Origin: Promethearchaeota archaeon
GTDB lineage: Archaea; Asgardarchaeota; Lokiarchaeia; Sigyniarchaeales; SOKP01
Reading direction: 5' to 3'
Assembly: GCA_048941285.1 (NCBI GenBank)
Contig: JBHLNS010000001.1
Span: 32,001 to 96,000 of the forward strand
DNA: 64,000 nucleotides
Part shown: piece after piece, positions 20,919 through 31,541 of the stretch
Layout: every line of letters starts with the position of its first letter
Position numbering within the stretch: the stretch's first letter is position 1
The notes under the pieces: model-generated
The model's database searches: none
The model's input: only the letters and a program-made list of their open reading frames with translations
What the model was told of the DNA's origin: nothing
Program-made: the position numbers and the translations under genes

Positions 20919-21791
20919 TCATTCTCTATTTAATTGTTCTTTAATTCTTTTATTCAATGATTTAAGATTTTCAATTATTTTAATTTGAAAGGGTCTAGGC
21001 AAGGGTTCTAGAATTTCATCCAATTTTTCTTTGCTAATTCTATTAATATTTTTATAACTCCTCATCAGAAAAAAAATCGTTAAACTTGGTGAAATAAAGA
21101 GAAATCCAAAGAAAAAGTAAGAAATTGTTATAAGCTGAGAACCAGGTAGGAATAATTGAATTCCAAGATTACCATCATTTATGAAAAAAAGAATTATGAT
21201 ATTCAGTATGTTTAAACCAATAAAAACCAGGAATGTGATATAATTAATTATTCTAATATTATTCAATGGAAGATATGAAATTATCTTTTTTACATCCTGA
21301 GAAAATGGAACAGTTGATTTTCCTTTAGAAATATCCATTAGGATTTCTATCCTCGTGTATTTCCATGAATCAATAAAAATCCAAAAGAAACTAAATGTAT
21401 ACAAAAAGATAAAAAATCCCAAAAAGTACGAGAAATAATTATCGACTAAGTGAGAATTATATAGCGACTCTCCACCAATCCAAAAAATTAAAATTAACTG
21501 GAAGAGTGAGCAATAAAATAACCTATCTGCATGTTTTCTTTCAAAACCTAAAGGATTATAAATAATAGAACTGTTCTTAAATTCCGTTTTCATCTTATTA
21601 GTACTAATAATTCTAAAAAACAATGAAAATATAAACGTTATTAAAGGAAATAATAATAAGAATATATTTTGCCATCCTTGACCTATGATTAAGATGAATA
21701 AAAACGTAAACAAAATCAAATCTCTTAAAAGACTCTCAGAGATAATGTTTTTCAATGACAAATAATCATTACTATTATTTTTTTCTTTCAT
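20919..21791 (-). CDS. Hypothetical multi-pass membrane protein
   Basis: About 6 hydrophobic segments; no family recognised. Confidence 0.7.
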   Translation of the reverse strand: MKEKNNSNDYLSLKNIISESLLRDLILFTFLFILIIGQGWQNIFLLLFPLITFIFSLFFRIISTNKMKTEFKNSSIIYNPLGFERKHADRLFYCSLFQLILIFWIGGESLYNSHLVDNYFSYFLGFFIFLYTFSFFWIFIDSWKYTRIEILMDISKGKSTVPFSQDVKKIISYLPLNNIRIINYITFLVFIGLNILNIIILFFINDGNLGIQLFLPGSQLITISYFFFGFLFISPSLTIFFLMRSYKNINRISKEKLDEILEPLPRPFQIKIIENLKSLNKRIKEQLNRE

Positions 21792-21889
21792 TTTCTTTAT
21801 TAAAAATACTTAATAAATAAATTTTTATGATTTCTACTATTCCATAATATAACTCAAACACATTTGGACTGTAATTTTGTGTAGAAATT

Positions 21890-22987
21890 ATGAATGCTAA
21901 ACTAATAGAAGATAAAAAAACTCCTCTCTACGAGACTCATTTAAGCCATGGTGCGCGTATGATCAGTTTTGCTGGATGGATGATGCCAGTTCAATATGAG
22001 AGCATTGTAAAAGAACATGAAGCAGTTCGTTCTAATGTTGGTGTTTTTGACATATCACATATGGGAGAATTTCTTCTTGAAGGTGAAGATGTAACTGATT
22101 TTCTTCAGTATATAATGATAAATGATCTTAATTTATTAGAACCATCTAAAGGACAATATTCTTGTATGTGCTATGAAAATGGAACCGTTGTAGATGATCT
22201 CGTTTATTATGAGGAAAATGCAAAAAGGTTTAGAATGATTGTCAACGCAATTAATATCGAAAAAGATCTACAATGGTTGAATGATCATATTGATAAAAGA
22301 GACGTAAAAATAATAAATCTTTCAGAAAAAAGGACTCGTTTAGCTTTTCAAGGCCCCAAGGCAGATAAATTACTTCAACACTTAGTGAATGTAGATTTGT
22401 CAAAAATCAACCGATTCTATTTTTCCCATTGCACTATCAACAACAATCCTGTGTTTCTAGCAAGAACCGGCTATACGGGGGAAAGAGGATTTGAAATTTC
22501 TTTTGAAAATAGATATGCTGAAAGAATATGGAATGATTTAATAGAGATTGGAGCTACTCCTGTAGGATTAGGTGCAAGAGATTCTTTAAGATTAGAAGCT
22601 TGTTATTCACTTTATGGGCACGAGATAAGCGATTCTATTACTCCTATTGAGGCAGGTCTTTTTTGGTTAGTGAAACCAAAAGAGGGAATTAATTATATAG
22701 GAAAAGAAGTTTTATTGAAGCAAAAATCTGAAGGAACAGAAAGAGTATTAGTAGGTTTAGGTCTAATTGATAAGGGAATTATCAGAGAGAAATATAAAAT
22801 CTTTAAGGATGGAACTGAAATTGGATTTGTTACATCTGGGGGATATTCACCAACGCTTAAAAAGACTATCGGTTTAGGATTTGTAAAAAAACAGTTTAAC
22901 GCACTAGGTACTGAAATCGACATTGAAATTCGCAATAAATTCTCAAGAGGAGAAATCATACCTACACCATTTTACCGCAATGTGTAA
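21890..22987 (+). CDS. gcvT: Glycine cleavage system T protein (aminomethyltransferase)
   Basis: KTPLYETH, FDISHMGE, RTGYTGERGFE, GLGARDSLRLEA, LYGHE. Confidence 0.96.
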   Translation: MNAKLIEDKKTPLYETHLSHGARMISFAGWMMPVQYESIVKEHEAVRSNVGVFDISHMGEFLLEGEDVTDFLQYIMINDLNLLEPSKGQYSCMCYENGTVVDDLVYYEENAKRFRMIVNAINIEKDLQWLNDHIDKRDVKIINLSEKRTRLAFQGPKADKLLQHLVNVDLSKINRFYFSHCTINNNPVFLARTGYTGERGFEISFENRYAERIWNDLIEIGATPVGLGARDSLRLEACYSLYGHEISDSITPIEAGLFWLVKPKEGINYIGKEVLLKQKSEGTERVLVGLGLIDKGIIREKYKIFKDGTEIGFVTSGGYSPTLKKTIGLGFVKKQFNALGTEIDIEIRNKFSRGEIIPTPFYRNV

Positions 22988-23022
22988 TAATCAAAAAATT
23001 TAGCAAAAAAAGGTGCAAATTA

Positions 23023-23418
23023 ATGGATTATGAATTTCCTAATGAATTAAAATATGCCTTAACTCATGAATGGATTAAGATTGAGGATTCAGTAGCAACA
23101 GTTGGAATTACTGATTATGCTCAAAAACAATTAGGTGATATTGTATTTGTTGAACTTCCTGAAATTGGAATGGTGTTTGAAAAAGGAAGTAATGCTGTAG
23201 AAATTGAATCCGTAAAAGCTGTTGGGGATTTAATCATGCCACTATCAGGTGAAATCATAGCTACAAACGAACATCTAGCTGATAATCCTGAAATTGTTAA
23301 TTCCTCCCCCTATGAAAAGGGATGGATGATTAAAATCAAATTTTCTCACCCAAGTGAAATAGATGAGCTTTTATCTATAGAAGAATATAAAAATATAATC
23401 CAAAAGGAAAAACATTAA
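23023..23418 (+). CDS. gcvH: Glycine cleavage system H protein
   Basis: HEW, VGITDYAQKQLGD, lipoyl motif ESVKA, PYEKGW; AGGTG SD 7 nt before ATG. Confidence 0.96.
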   Translation: MDYEFPNELKYALTHEWIKIEDSVATVGITDYAQKQLGDIVFVELPEIGMVFEKGSNAVEIESVKAVGDLIMPLSGEIIATNEHLADNPEIVNSSPYEKGWMIKIKFSHPSEIDELLSIEEYKNIIQKEKH

Positions 23419-23448
23419 AAATTTTTTCTTTATAGTTTTATTTAATTT

Positions 23449-24819
23449 TTGAATAATTTATTAATTGAGTTGTTTAAATTGGATTTTGTACCTCATGATG
23501 ATAAAACAATTGGAGAAATGTTAAATGTAATAGGTGTTAAATCTTTACAAGAACTATTTTTAGATGTCCCTAGTGATCTAATTATCGAAAATCTTAAAAT
23601 ATCATCCGGATTATCTGAACCAGATCTTATAAGACAGATAAAAAAAATTGTTCAGAAAAATAAAGTATATACAAATTCTTTTTTAGGAGCTGGTTGTTAT
23701 TTTCATTATATCCCCTCCTTAGTTGATTTTGTAACTTCTCGATCAGAATTCTATACCGCTTATACACCATATCAAGCTGAAGCAAGTCAAGGATATTTAC
23801 AAGCTATTTATGAATTTCAAACAATAATTTCAAGATTAACTCAAATGGATGTTGCTAATGCAAGTATGTATGATGGATCAACCGCTCTTGCAGAAGCAGC
23901 AATAATGTCAACCAATATTACAAATAAAAGTTCTGTAATTTTACTTGAAGGAATTCATCCCGAATATTTAGATGTTATTAAAACCTATTGTTGGGGGCAA
24001 AGTATAAATCTAGAATTTGCCAATGAACAAACTCTGATTGAATTATTATCAAATGATAGTGCCGCATTAATATTTCAAAGTCCTAACTTCTTCGGTGATA
24101 TTGAAGATGTTAATAAAATTGTAAAAAATGTTAAAGATAAATATCCGAATTGTTTAATTATTCAAGTTATGACAGATCCAACATGTCTGGGAATATTAGA
24201 AACACCAGGTGCCAATGATATTGACATTTTTATTGCTGAAGGTCAATCTTTTGGCATAACTCCTTCTTTTGGTGGTCCAGGATTAGGAATATTTACTTCT
24301 AAACAAAAATATCTAAGAAAGATGCCAGGAAGACTTATTGGTAAAACAAAAGAAATAAATGGTGAAAAGTTAGGCTTTATTTTAACACTACAAGCACGTG
24401 AACAGCATATACGACGAGAAAAAGCAAGCTCAAATATATGCACAAACCAAGCATTGTGTTCATTAGCAGCATTAACATATCTTTTAGCATTAGGAAGAAC
24501 CGGTTTGAAAGAAATTGCTAATCAAAACATTCAAAAAACACATTATTTAAAGCAAGAACTTAGTAAAATCCCTGGATATAAAATATTAAATAAGAAACCA
24601 ACATATAATGAATTTTTACTCAAGTGTCCTAATATTGAATCCTTAATCGATTATTGTATAAAAAAAGAACTATTACCTCCCTTAAAAATTTCAAATTATT
24701 ATCCTAAAATGAAAAATGTTGCTTTAGTGTGTGTAACAGAAATGAATTCAAGACAATCAATGAATAATTTCCTTGAAGCGGCTCGTTCTGCTTCGAAAAA
24801 TAACAGGGAGGGATCATAA
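23449..24819 (+). CDS. gcvPA: Glycine dehydrogenase subunit 1 (likely start TTG 23479)
   Basis: FLGAG, EFYTAYTPYQAE, NASMYDG, REQHIRREKASSNICTN. Confidence 0.95.
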   Translation: MNNLLIELFKLDFVPHDDKTIGEMLNVIGVKSLQELFLDVPSDLIIENLKISSGLSEPDLIRQIKKIVQKNKVYTNSFLGAGCYFHYIPSLVDFVTSRSEFYTAYTPYQAEASQGYLQAIYEFQTIISRLTQMDVANASMYDGSTALAEAAIMSTNITNKSSVILLEGIHPEYLDVIKTYCWGQSINLEFANEQTLIELLSNDSAALIFQSPNFFGDIEDVNKIVKNVKDKYPNCLIIQVMTDPTCLGILETPGANDIDIFIAEGQSFGITPSFGGPGLGIFTSKQKYLRKMPGRLIGKTKEINGEKLGFILTLQAREQHIRREKASSNICTNQALCSLAALTYLLALGRTGLKEIANQNIQKTHYLKQELSKIPGYKILNKKPTYNEFLLKCPNIESLIDYCIKKELLPPLKISNYYPKMKNVALVCVTEMNSRQSMNNFLEAARSASKNNREGS

Positions 24820-24821
24820 TC

Positions 24822-26258
24822 ATATTTTCTAATATTGAATTAATTTTTGAAAAAGAAATTGAGAATGAACTCAATAATTTTGTTCCTCAAATAGATATTG
24901 AAGAAGTTGATATCAATGAAATTTTACCAAAAAATCTACAAAGAAAAGAGTTACCAATACCAAATATTCCAGAAATTGAAATAGTTCGTCACTTCATCAA
25001 TTTAAGTTACAGAAATTATGGTGTAGATACAGGAATATATCCATTAGGCTCCTGTACCATGAAATATAATCCTAAAATAAATGAAAATATCGTAAGATTG
25101 CCTGAGATTACTCATATTCACCCTTTACAAGAAGAAAATAGCGGTTGTCTTGAATTAATTCATCATATCTCCAAATTATTGGGAGAAATAACTGGTATGG
25201 ATGGATTTACAATGCAACCAGCAGCAGGAGCTCATGGAGAGTTAGTTGGTTTATTAATAATAAAAAAATATTTTGAGAGAAAAGGTATTAAAAAAGATAA
25301 AATTATAGTACCCGACTCTGCTCATGGAACTAATCCTGCTTCAGCAAAAATGGCTGGATTTTCAATTATTGAAATACAGTCAAATGAACACGGAGAAGTT
25401 CCATTAGATAAATTAAAGTTTGCTATGGAAGAAGGTGATGTTGCTGGTATTATGCTTACCAATCCAAATACACTTGGGGTTTTTGATAGACAAATTAAGC
25501 AGATCACAAGAATTGTTCATGAAAATGGAGGTTTATGCTACTACGACGGAGCAAATTTAAATCCAATGTTGGGAATATGTCGTCCTAGAGATATGGGATT
25601 TGATATTATTCATTTAAATTTACATAAAACCTTTTCCACTCCACATGGTGGTGGTGGTCCAGGATCAGGCCCTGTTGGGGTTGTAGATGAGCTTATTCCT
25701 TTTCTTCCCGAACCATGCTTAATTTCAACTCAAAAAGGGATTATTTGTAAAGAAAAAAGTGATAAGTCAATAGGCAGAATTAAAGCCTTTTGGGGTAATT
25801 TTGGGGTAATCGTTAGAGCTTATGCCTATATTTTAGCCTTAGGGGCTGAAGGCTTGAAAAGAGTAGGTCAAATCTCTGTTTTAAATGCTAATTATTTAAG
25901 AGTTCTTTTACAAGAGAAATACGATCTTCCTTTTCACCGAATGTGCCAACATGAATTTATTCTCTCAGATCGGTCAATGCCGAATGAAATTACAACAGAA
26001 GATATAGCAAAACGTATTCTCGATTATGGAATATATGCTCCCACTATATATTTTCCATTGATAATTTCTGGTGCTTTAATGATAGAACCCACTGAAACTG
26101 AATCAAAAAAATCATTAGATTATTTTGTAGAAGTAATGAATAAAATTTACGAAGAAGCTAAGAAAAATCCTGAAATTCTGAAAAAAGCGCCCCAAAATAT
26201 GCCTGTAAAACGTTTAGATGCTGTCTTAGCTGCTAGAAAACCTATATTACATGATTAA
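24822..26258 (+). CDS. gcvPB: Glycine dehydrogenase subunit 2; true start lies upstream of the ORF-track ATG, probably a non-canonical ATA/ATC at 24816-24822
   Basis: In-frame upstream of 25059: LIFEK...EIEIVRHFINLSYRNYGVDTGIYPLGSCT-MKYNP; HGTNPAS, HLNLHKTFSTPHGGGGPG. Confidence 0.92.
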   Translation: MFSNIELIFEKEIENELNNFVPQIDIEEVDINEILPKNLQRKELPIPNIPEIEIVRHFINLSYRNYGVDTGIYPLGSCTMKYNPKINENIVRLPEITHIHPLQEENSGCLELIHHISKLLGEITGMDGFTMQPAAGAHGELVGLLIIKKYFERKGIKKDKIIVPDSAHGTNPASAKMAGFSIIEIQSNEHGEVPLDKLKFAMEEGDVAGIMLTNPNTLGVFDRQIKQITRIVHENGGLCYYDGANLNPMLGICRPRDMGFDIIHLNLHKTFSTPHGGGGPGSGPVGVVDELIPFLPEPCLISTQKGIICKEKSDKSIGRIKAFWGNFGVIVRAYAYILALGAEGLKRVGQISVLNANYLRVLLQEKYDLPFHRMCQHEFILSDRSMPNEITTEDIAKRILDYGIYAPTIYFPLIISGALMIEPTETESKKSLDYFVEVMNKIYEEAKKNPEILKKAPQNMPVKRLDAVLAARKPILHD

Positions 26259-26346
26259 CAGTATAAATTTTTAAATTTTTAAAGTCTATAGCAATATAAA
26301 TTCTAAATTAGTATGAAAATTATAAATTAGATTTTGGTGTACAAAA

Positions 26347-28323
26347 ATAAATTATTTATCTTTTTTCCCTTACGATAAATTCAGAGAAAATCAGGAAAAA
26401 ATCATTAAACAGATTGAAGAAAGTTCAAGATCTAAAAAACTAATTCTATTATTAGCTCCTAATGGTACAGGAAAGACAATTATTGCTTTATCTAGCCTAC
26501 TTCCTTTGGCTTTTGAGAAAAACCTAAAAATTGTTTATATGTGTCGGACACACTCTCAAAATCGGAGAGTAATAAAAGAATTGATAAAAATTTCAAATAA
26601 GATTGCTAAAGAGGATGTTAATTTCAAACTTAATGCGCTCTCAATTAGAGGCAGAAATGAGATGTGTTTAAATACAACATTATTATCTCTTAAATTAAAT
26701 CCAAGGGAAGCTATGTCCGTTTGTAGTGATTTAAGAAAAAATAGAAATTGTATTTATTTTCTAAATTTATTAAAAAAAAGGGGTCAAATTGAAAATCCAT
26801 TATCAATCGCGCCAGAATTATTTAATAAACCAATTGATGCTGAAGATTTGATAATATTCTGTAAAGAACATAAATTTTGTCCTTACTTCTTGAGTAAATT
26901 CTTACTTGAAGAAATGAAAGTTATCATTTGTAATTATCAATGGATTTTTAATCCTTTTATTCGTGAATCTTTTTTAGAATTCATTGGAAAAGAACTTCAA
27001 AATTGTATCTTAGTATTAGATGAATGTCATAATATAATTGACATTGCAACAGAAATTAATTCAAAAAAAATTACACCTTACTCATTAAGATTATGTTTAA
27101 AGGATCTTGAAATGTATAGATCGCCAGTTCTAATGCAGAGTTTCGCACAAATATTATTAAATCAACTACAAGTAAAAAAAAAGAATTTAAGAGTAAGAGA
27201 AAAAGCAATACAACCAGATAAGTTTTTAATATCAATTTGTAGAAAATTAGGATTTTCTGACCTAAATGGATTTAAGAATTTTATTGAAGAGCTTCATGAT
27301 TTCAGTGTATCAATTCATGAGGAAAAAATGGCAAATGGGGAAATATCTAGAGATTTTGTTGGTTCATTGGCAGAATTTTGGTTAAAGTGGTTAGACACAT
27401 TTTCGCTTGAAAATTATTTCTTCTGTTATAACGTTAAAGAGAATAAAGGAAAAAGTTTAATCTCACTTGAAATTGTAGCCTTAGACCCTAGAGAAATTGC
27501 TATTCCTATATTGAAAAAAAGTTTTACTTGCTTAAATCTCTCTGGAACAGTAAATCCTTTTGTTTATAATAATTTAATGGGACTGAATGAGTGTGGTAAG
27601 AGTTATAAGGGAATTATTGCTGATTCACCATTTAGTAATAAAAACATTAAGGCTATTATAACAGAAGGAGTAGATACTAAACGAGATAGTAGGAATCCGA
27701 CTATGTTCAAAAAAATGATAGATAAAATTGATGAAGTTTTGCAAAGCACTCCTGCAAATATTGGAATTTTTTGTGCATCATATAAAATCCTTAAGGGATT
27801 GTTAACAAATGGACTTGAAAATATCATAATTAAAAATAAAAAAAAATTATTTATTGAGGAATCTGGATTGTCAGCCTCAGAAAATGCTTTATTAGTTGAT
27901 GATTTCAAAAATATGGCTTCAAATGGCGGTGCTGTCTTATTAGGTGTCTGTGGAGGTAGAAATTCAGAAGGAGAGGACTATCCTGGAGATTTTATGAACG
28001 CAGTAATAATTGCAGGATTTCCATATCATTTACCAACCCCTAGAGTAGATGCAAAAATAAAATATTATGATAAAGTGTTTAAAAGACAAGGTTGGAATTT
28101 CGCTTACTTGTATCCCGCTGTGCAGAGAGCAAATCAAGCTTCTGGAAGACCTATAAGAAAAATTTCTGATAAAGGGGTGATAGTTTTCATGGATAGCAGA
28201 TTTAAATCAAAACATAAATGGATTTCTGATTGGATAAGGAAAGAAATAGAAATAATTCCTGATATCCCAAATGTTATATTTCAGAACTTATCCAGTTTCT
28301 GGAAGGTTAAGAAACCTGTTTAG
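26347..28323 (+). CDS. xpd: XPD/Rad3-type Fe-S DNA helicase; Walker A lies upstream of the ORF-track start, probable ATA start at 26347
   Basis: In-frame FFPYDKFRENQ...APNGTGKT, RTHSQ, four Fe-S Cys, DECH, LSGT, SEGED, QASGRPIR. Confidence 0.9.
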   Translation: MNYLSFFPYDKFRENQEKIIKQIEESSRSKKLILLLAPNGTGKTIIALSSLLPLAFEKNLKIVYMCRTHSQNRRVIKELIKISNKIAKEDVNFKLNALSIRGRNEMCLNTTLLSLKLNPREAMSVCSDLRKNRNCIYFLNLLKKRGQIENPLSIAPELFNKPIDAEDLIIFCKEHKFCPYFLSKFLLEEMKVIICNYQWIFNPFIRESFLEFIGKELQNCILVLDECHNIIDIATEINSKKITPYSLRLCLKDLEMYRSPVLMQSFAQILLNQLQVKKKNLRVREKAIQPDKFLISICRKLGFSDLNGFKNFIEELHDFSVSIHEEKMANGEISRDFVGSLAEFWLKWLDTFSLENYFFCYNVKENKGKSLISLEIVALDPREIAIPILKKSFTCLNLSGTVNPFVYNNLMGLNECGKSYKGIIADSPFSNKNIKAIITEGVDTKRDSRNPTMFKKMIDKIDEVLQSTPANIGIFCASYKILKGLLTNGLENIIIKNKKKLFIEESGLSASENALLVDDFKNMASNGGAVLLGVCGGRNSEGEDYPGDFMNAVIIAGFPYHLPTPRVDAKIKYYDKVFKRQGWNFAYLYPAVQRANQASGRPIRKISDKGVIVFMDSRFKSKHKWISDWIRKEIEIIPDIPNVIFQNLSSFWKVKKPV

Positions 28324-29491
28324 GAATTTTGAATTTCAAAAATATGATTAAAGTTGAAATTAGGGGAAAAATAATCAAAAAATACATAGAAAGGTAAAAG
28401 TCTCTATTAGTAAGTGTTAATAATAAACTGAAAAAAAGACCTCCCAAAAAACTACCAGAGAAAACACTTGTATTTGCATAACCCATATAACGTCCTTTAT
28501 TTTTTGGTGTTGTATTTTGAGCAATGTAAATTGTGGTAGCTACCCAATGAGTAGAGTAACTGAAAGACACTAAAACTTGAAAGAATAAATAGCTCCAGAA
28601 ATTATTAGATACAATATATCCAAAAATAGAAATTGCACTTAATAAATAACCAGTTATTATAAAAAATTTGAGATTTTTGATTGATATCACGTGCCCTATT
28701 AATAACATCTGAAAAAATTGTAATAAAAAGTTAATCCCAATCAAAAATCCGATTTCAATATAATTGCCTATATGAAAACTCATAATAACTGCTAAATTAG
28801 GCATAATTGGTTTAATACTAAAATTTCTAAAAAATAAACCATAGAAAATTGATAGAGAAATTGCACTTATAACTTTTGGGTTATTAAAAGATAGATCATT
28901 ATTACTTTTTCCCATCTTTGCATTATATCTCTCTATTATCAATGACCTATTTTCCCTAATAAATGCAACAAAAAGTATTGCTGGTAATGAAATTATTAAA
29001 ATAAGTAAGAAAATGTTTTCAATACCATAGATATCAATAAAAATACCACCAGATTGAGCTCCAAGAAACCAACCCCCCACAATGGCAGCATTAAAATAGG
29101 ACATTAGTTTTTTGTCATCTTCAACCAGTTCAGCAAATAAGGTCATCAACAAATTTGAAGATGCCATAAAAAATCCAAAAATAAATAGGAAAATAATCAT
29201 TAAAATCAGATCCTTAAATACAAATAAAAAAAGAAATGAGAAATTTAAACCAATTGTACCAAATATGATAAATATAAACCTATTTTGAATTTTATCAGAT
29301 AAATGACCATATAATGGGGGAAAAATAAAAGCCATTAAAGGAAATATAGTAATAATCAACTGTGTTAAGGCTGGGTCTACTCCTAAATTTAAAAGATATT
29401 TTGGAACATAGGTATAAACAATTATACCCGCAGTGTTTAAAACAAAAACTAAAATTAAAATAAGAATAACAGATTTTTTTGATAATATCAT
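28307..29491 (-). CDS. MFS transporter
   Basis: About 12 TM segments, GHLSDKIQNR motif A. Confidence 0.88.
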   Translation of the reverse strand: MILSKKSVILILILVFVLNTAGIIVYTYVPKYLLNLGVDPALTQLIITIFPLMAFIFPPLYGHLSDKIQNRFIFIIFGTIGLNFSFLFLFVFKDLILMIIFLFIFGFFMASSNLLMTLFAELVEDDKKLMSYFNAAIVGGWFLGAQSGGIFIDIYGIENIFLLILIISLPAILFVAFIRENRSLIIERYNAKMGKSNNDLSFNNPKVISAISLSIFYGLFFRNFSIKPIMPNLAVIMSFHIGNYIEIGFLIGINFLLQFFQMLLIGHVISIKNLKFFIITGYLLSAISIFGYIVSNNFWSYLFFQVLVSFSYSTHWVATTIYIAQNTTPKNKGRYMGYANTSVFSGSFLGGLFFSLLLTLTNRDFYLSMYFLIIFPLISTLIIFLKFKIPKQVS

Positions 29492-29502
29492 GACATAAAC
29501 CT

Positions 29503-31302
29503 CTAATTGTTTGACAAGTGAAGATTCTTTATAGCATTATACAACTCAATTAATTTTTTGGAGACAATATTCCATCGGAAGTTATTTTCTACTCTTCTAT
29601 AACAGTTTTCTTTAATTTTAATGTAATATTTAGGATCCAATAGCACAATTGACTCTAAAATTTTATCAGGGATCTGATTAACTAGTTGGAAATTTTCAAT
29701 TTCATAAATATCGTCCTTACTTTTTACTTTTTCAGAAATTTCCTTTAATTTGAATAGAGAAATTAAAGCATCTGCAAATTGTTTTGGATTATCCTTATCA
29801 ATTAAAATACCTGTACCTATTTCTGGAAAATTTCTGATATCTATTATTGATTCTTGAAATCCTCCTACTTTTGTTGCAATTACAGGCAATTTTATAGACA
29901 TTGCTTCTAAAGCTATAATACCGAATGGTTCCCATCTAGAAAGAGCGCAATAAACATCAGAAGCAAAATGTGCAAGATGAAATATGTCTGTAGCTACTCC
30001 AAAAATGATTCTTAAGTTGTTAGGATACATTTTAACATATTGAGCATAAATTCGAATTTCATTTAAACTATAATCAGTAGGTAATATAAGAAATATAAAT
30101 TTAGCATTTGGGATAACTTTAAGTACTATAGGAATAGCTTCAAAGATAGTCTCAAATCCTTTTTGTGGAGATATTCTACCAGTTGTAATTACTAAAGGAC
30201 CAGATTGGTTAAAAGCCTTAATATATCCGTTTTTGACGAATCCAGTTCCATTTGAGATCTCATTAATAACTTTCAATACTTTCTCTGATTGAATTAATGG
30301 ACTCCTGTCCAAATGCGATAACTTATAGGTCAATAAATAATTCTTCATGTCTAATAAGGTTAAGTCCTTTTCATATGATATATGTAAAACATCTCTTATT
30401 TCTTGCTCATGATTTTTTAACACTTGTTTATAGATTTCATTATAATCCCAATCACAACCATCCCAGACGAAATTGGATTTGAATTCAATTAACTCCTTCC
30501 CACAATTCGGTATGATATCTGACTTTAAATAGGATTGGCTAACTGTTGTTACTAAATCACTAATAAATGCCCCTATTTGTTCTACAGTAGGTGGTCGATA
30601 CTCTCCACTTATTTTCTCAGATATTGAAAAAATTTCGTTTATGTTTAGTGATTTAATACCCTCTTTAAAATAGATAGTAATTGGAGTTTGATCAATCCCA
30701 CATGCTCGATAAAATTCTATTGGATATCTCGGCCAAGTTAGTAAATGGATTGTGATTATTGAAGCAACATCTAGTCCATTTTTAATTAAAATTTGTTTTA
30801 TTCCAATAAATGGGATAACAGCATGATAATCATGAATATGAATTATGTCAGGTAAAAAATTTTTGCAGTTATCAATTAAATAATCAATATAGCAACACAT
30901 TCCTATACTAAACAAGCAAATCTTTCCGCTAAGTGTATCTGGATTATAAACGGTTCTATCATCTAAAAATTTATTAGTAAATGGATTTTCACCATGTAAT
31001 AAAATAACATTTACATTATTTATCTGTGATCTGTAAAATGCAATGTTATATGTCGATTCTGGTTCATTTATTCCGAACTGAGATGGACTAATTTGTCCTA
31101 CACAGTTAAATGGTAATTTTTGCCATTGAAGTGATCTTTCTAGCTTGGTTAATTGACCGTGTGAAGGAATAAACACAGTGATATTATAATCATTAGATAA
31201 ATGTTTAGCTTGATTAGCAGGTACTTCTCCAAGCCCACCTACTTTAATAATTCCCGCGTATTCAAAAGTAAATATCCAAATATTATCTTTATTTTTTATC
31301 AA
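29503..31302 (-). CDS. glgA: Glycogen/starch synthase (GT5)
   Basis: KVGGLG ADP-glucose motif, HIHDYH, TVSQSY, GRISPQKG, SRWEPFG. Confidence 0.88.
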   Translation of the reverse strand: MIKNKDNIWIFTFEYAGIIKVGGLGEVPANQAKHLSNDYNITVFIPSHGQLTKLERSLQWQKLPFNCVGQISPSQFGINEPESTYNIAFYRSQINNVNVILLHGENPFTNKFLDDRTVYNPDTLSGKICLFSIGMCCYIDYLIDNCKNFLPDIIHIHDYHAVIPFIGIKQILIKNGLDVASIITIHLLTWPRYPIEFYRACGIDQTPITIYFKEGIKSLNINEIFSISEKISGEYRPPTVEQIGAFISDLVTTVSQSYLKSDIIPNCGKELIEFKSNFVWDGCDWDYNEIYKQVLKNHEQEIRDVLHISYEKDLTLLDMKNYLLTYKLSHLDRSPLIQSEKVLKVINEISNGTGFVKNGYIKAFNQSGPLVITTGRISPQKGFETIFEAIPIVLKVIPNAKFIFLILPTDYSLNEIRIYAQYVKMYPNNLRIIFGVATDIFHLAHFASDVYCALSRWEPFGIIALEAMSIKLPVIATKVGGFQESIIDIRNFPEIGTGILIDKDNPKQFADALISLFKLKEISEKVKSKDDIYEIENFQLVNQIPDKILESIVLLDPKYYIKIKENCYRRVENNFRWNIVSKKLIELYNAIKNLHLSNN

Positions 31303-31541
31303 GATATTTCAATCTTATTAGAACGCATTTAATGATTTAAAAACAAAAAATTGAGTACATCTTTAATAGTAATGAAGTCTAATTCGTTAAAAAAAGAATT
31401 TTATTAAAAGTTAATTAAATTTTGATATGTTTGACTCAATTACGACAAAAAGTAAATTTAATAATTATGGATTAATCGTAATATCAATAAAAATATCAAA
31501 TAACTGTAAATAAAAAAAGAATATTTTTGGTGATAATTTGG

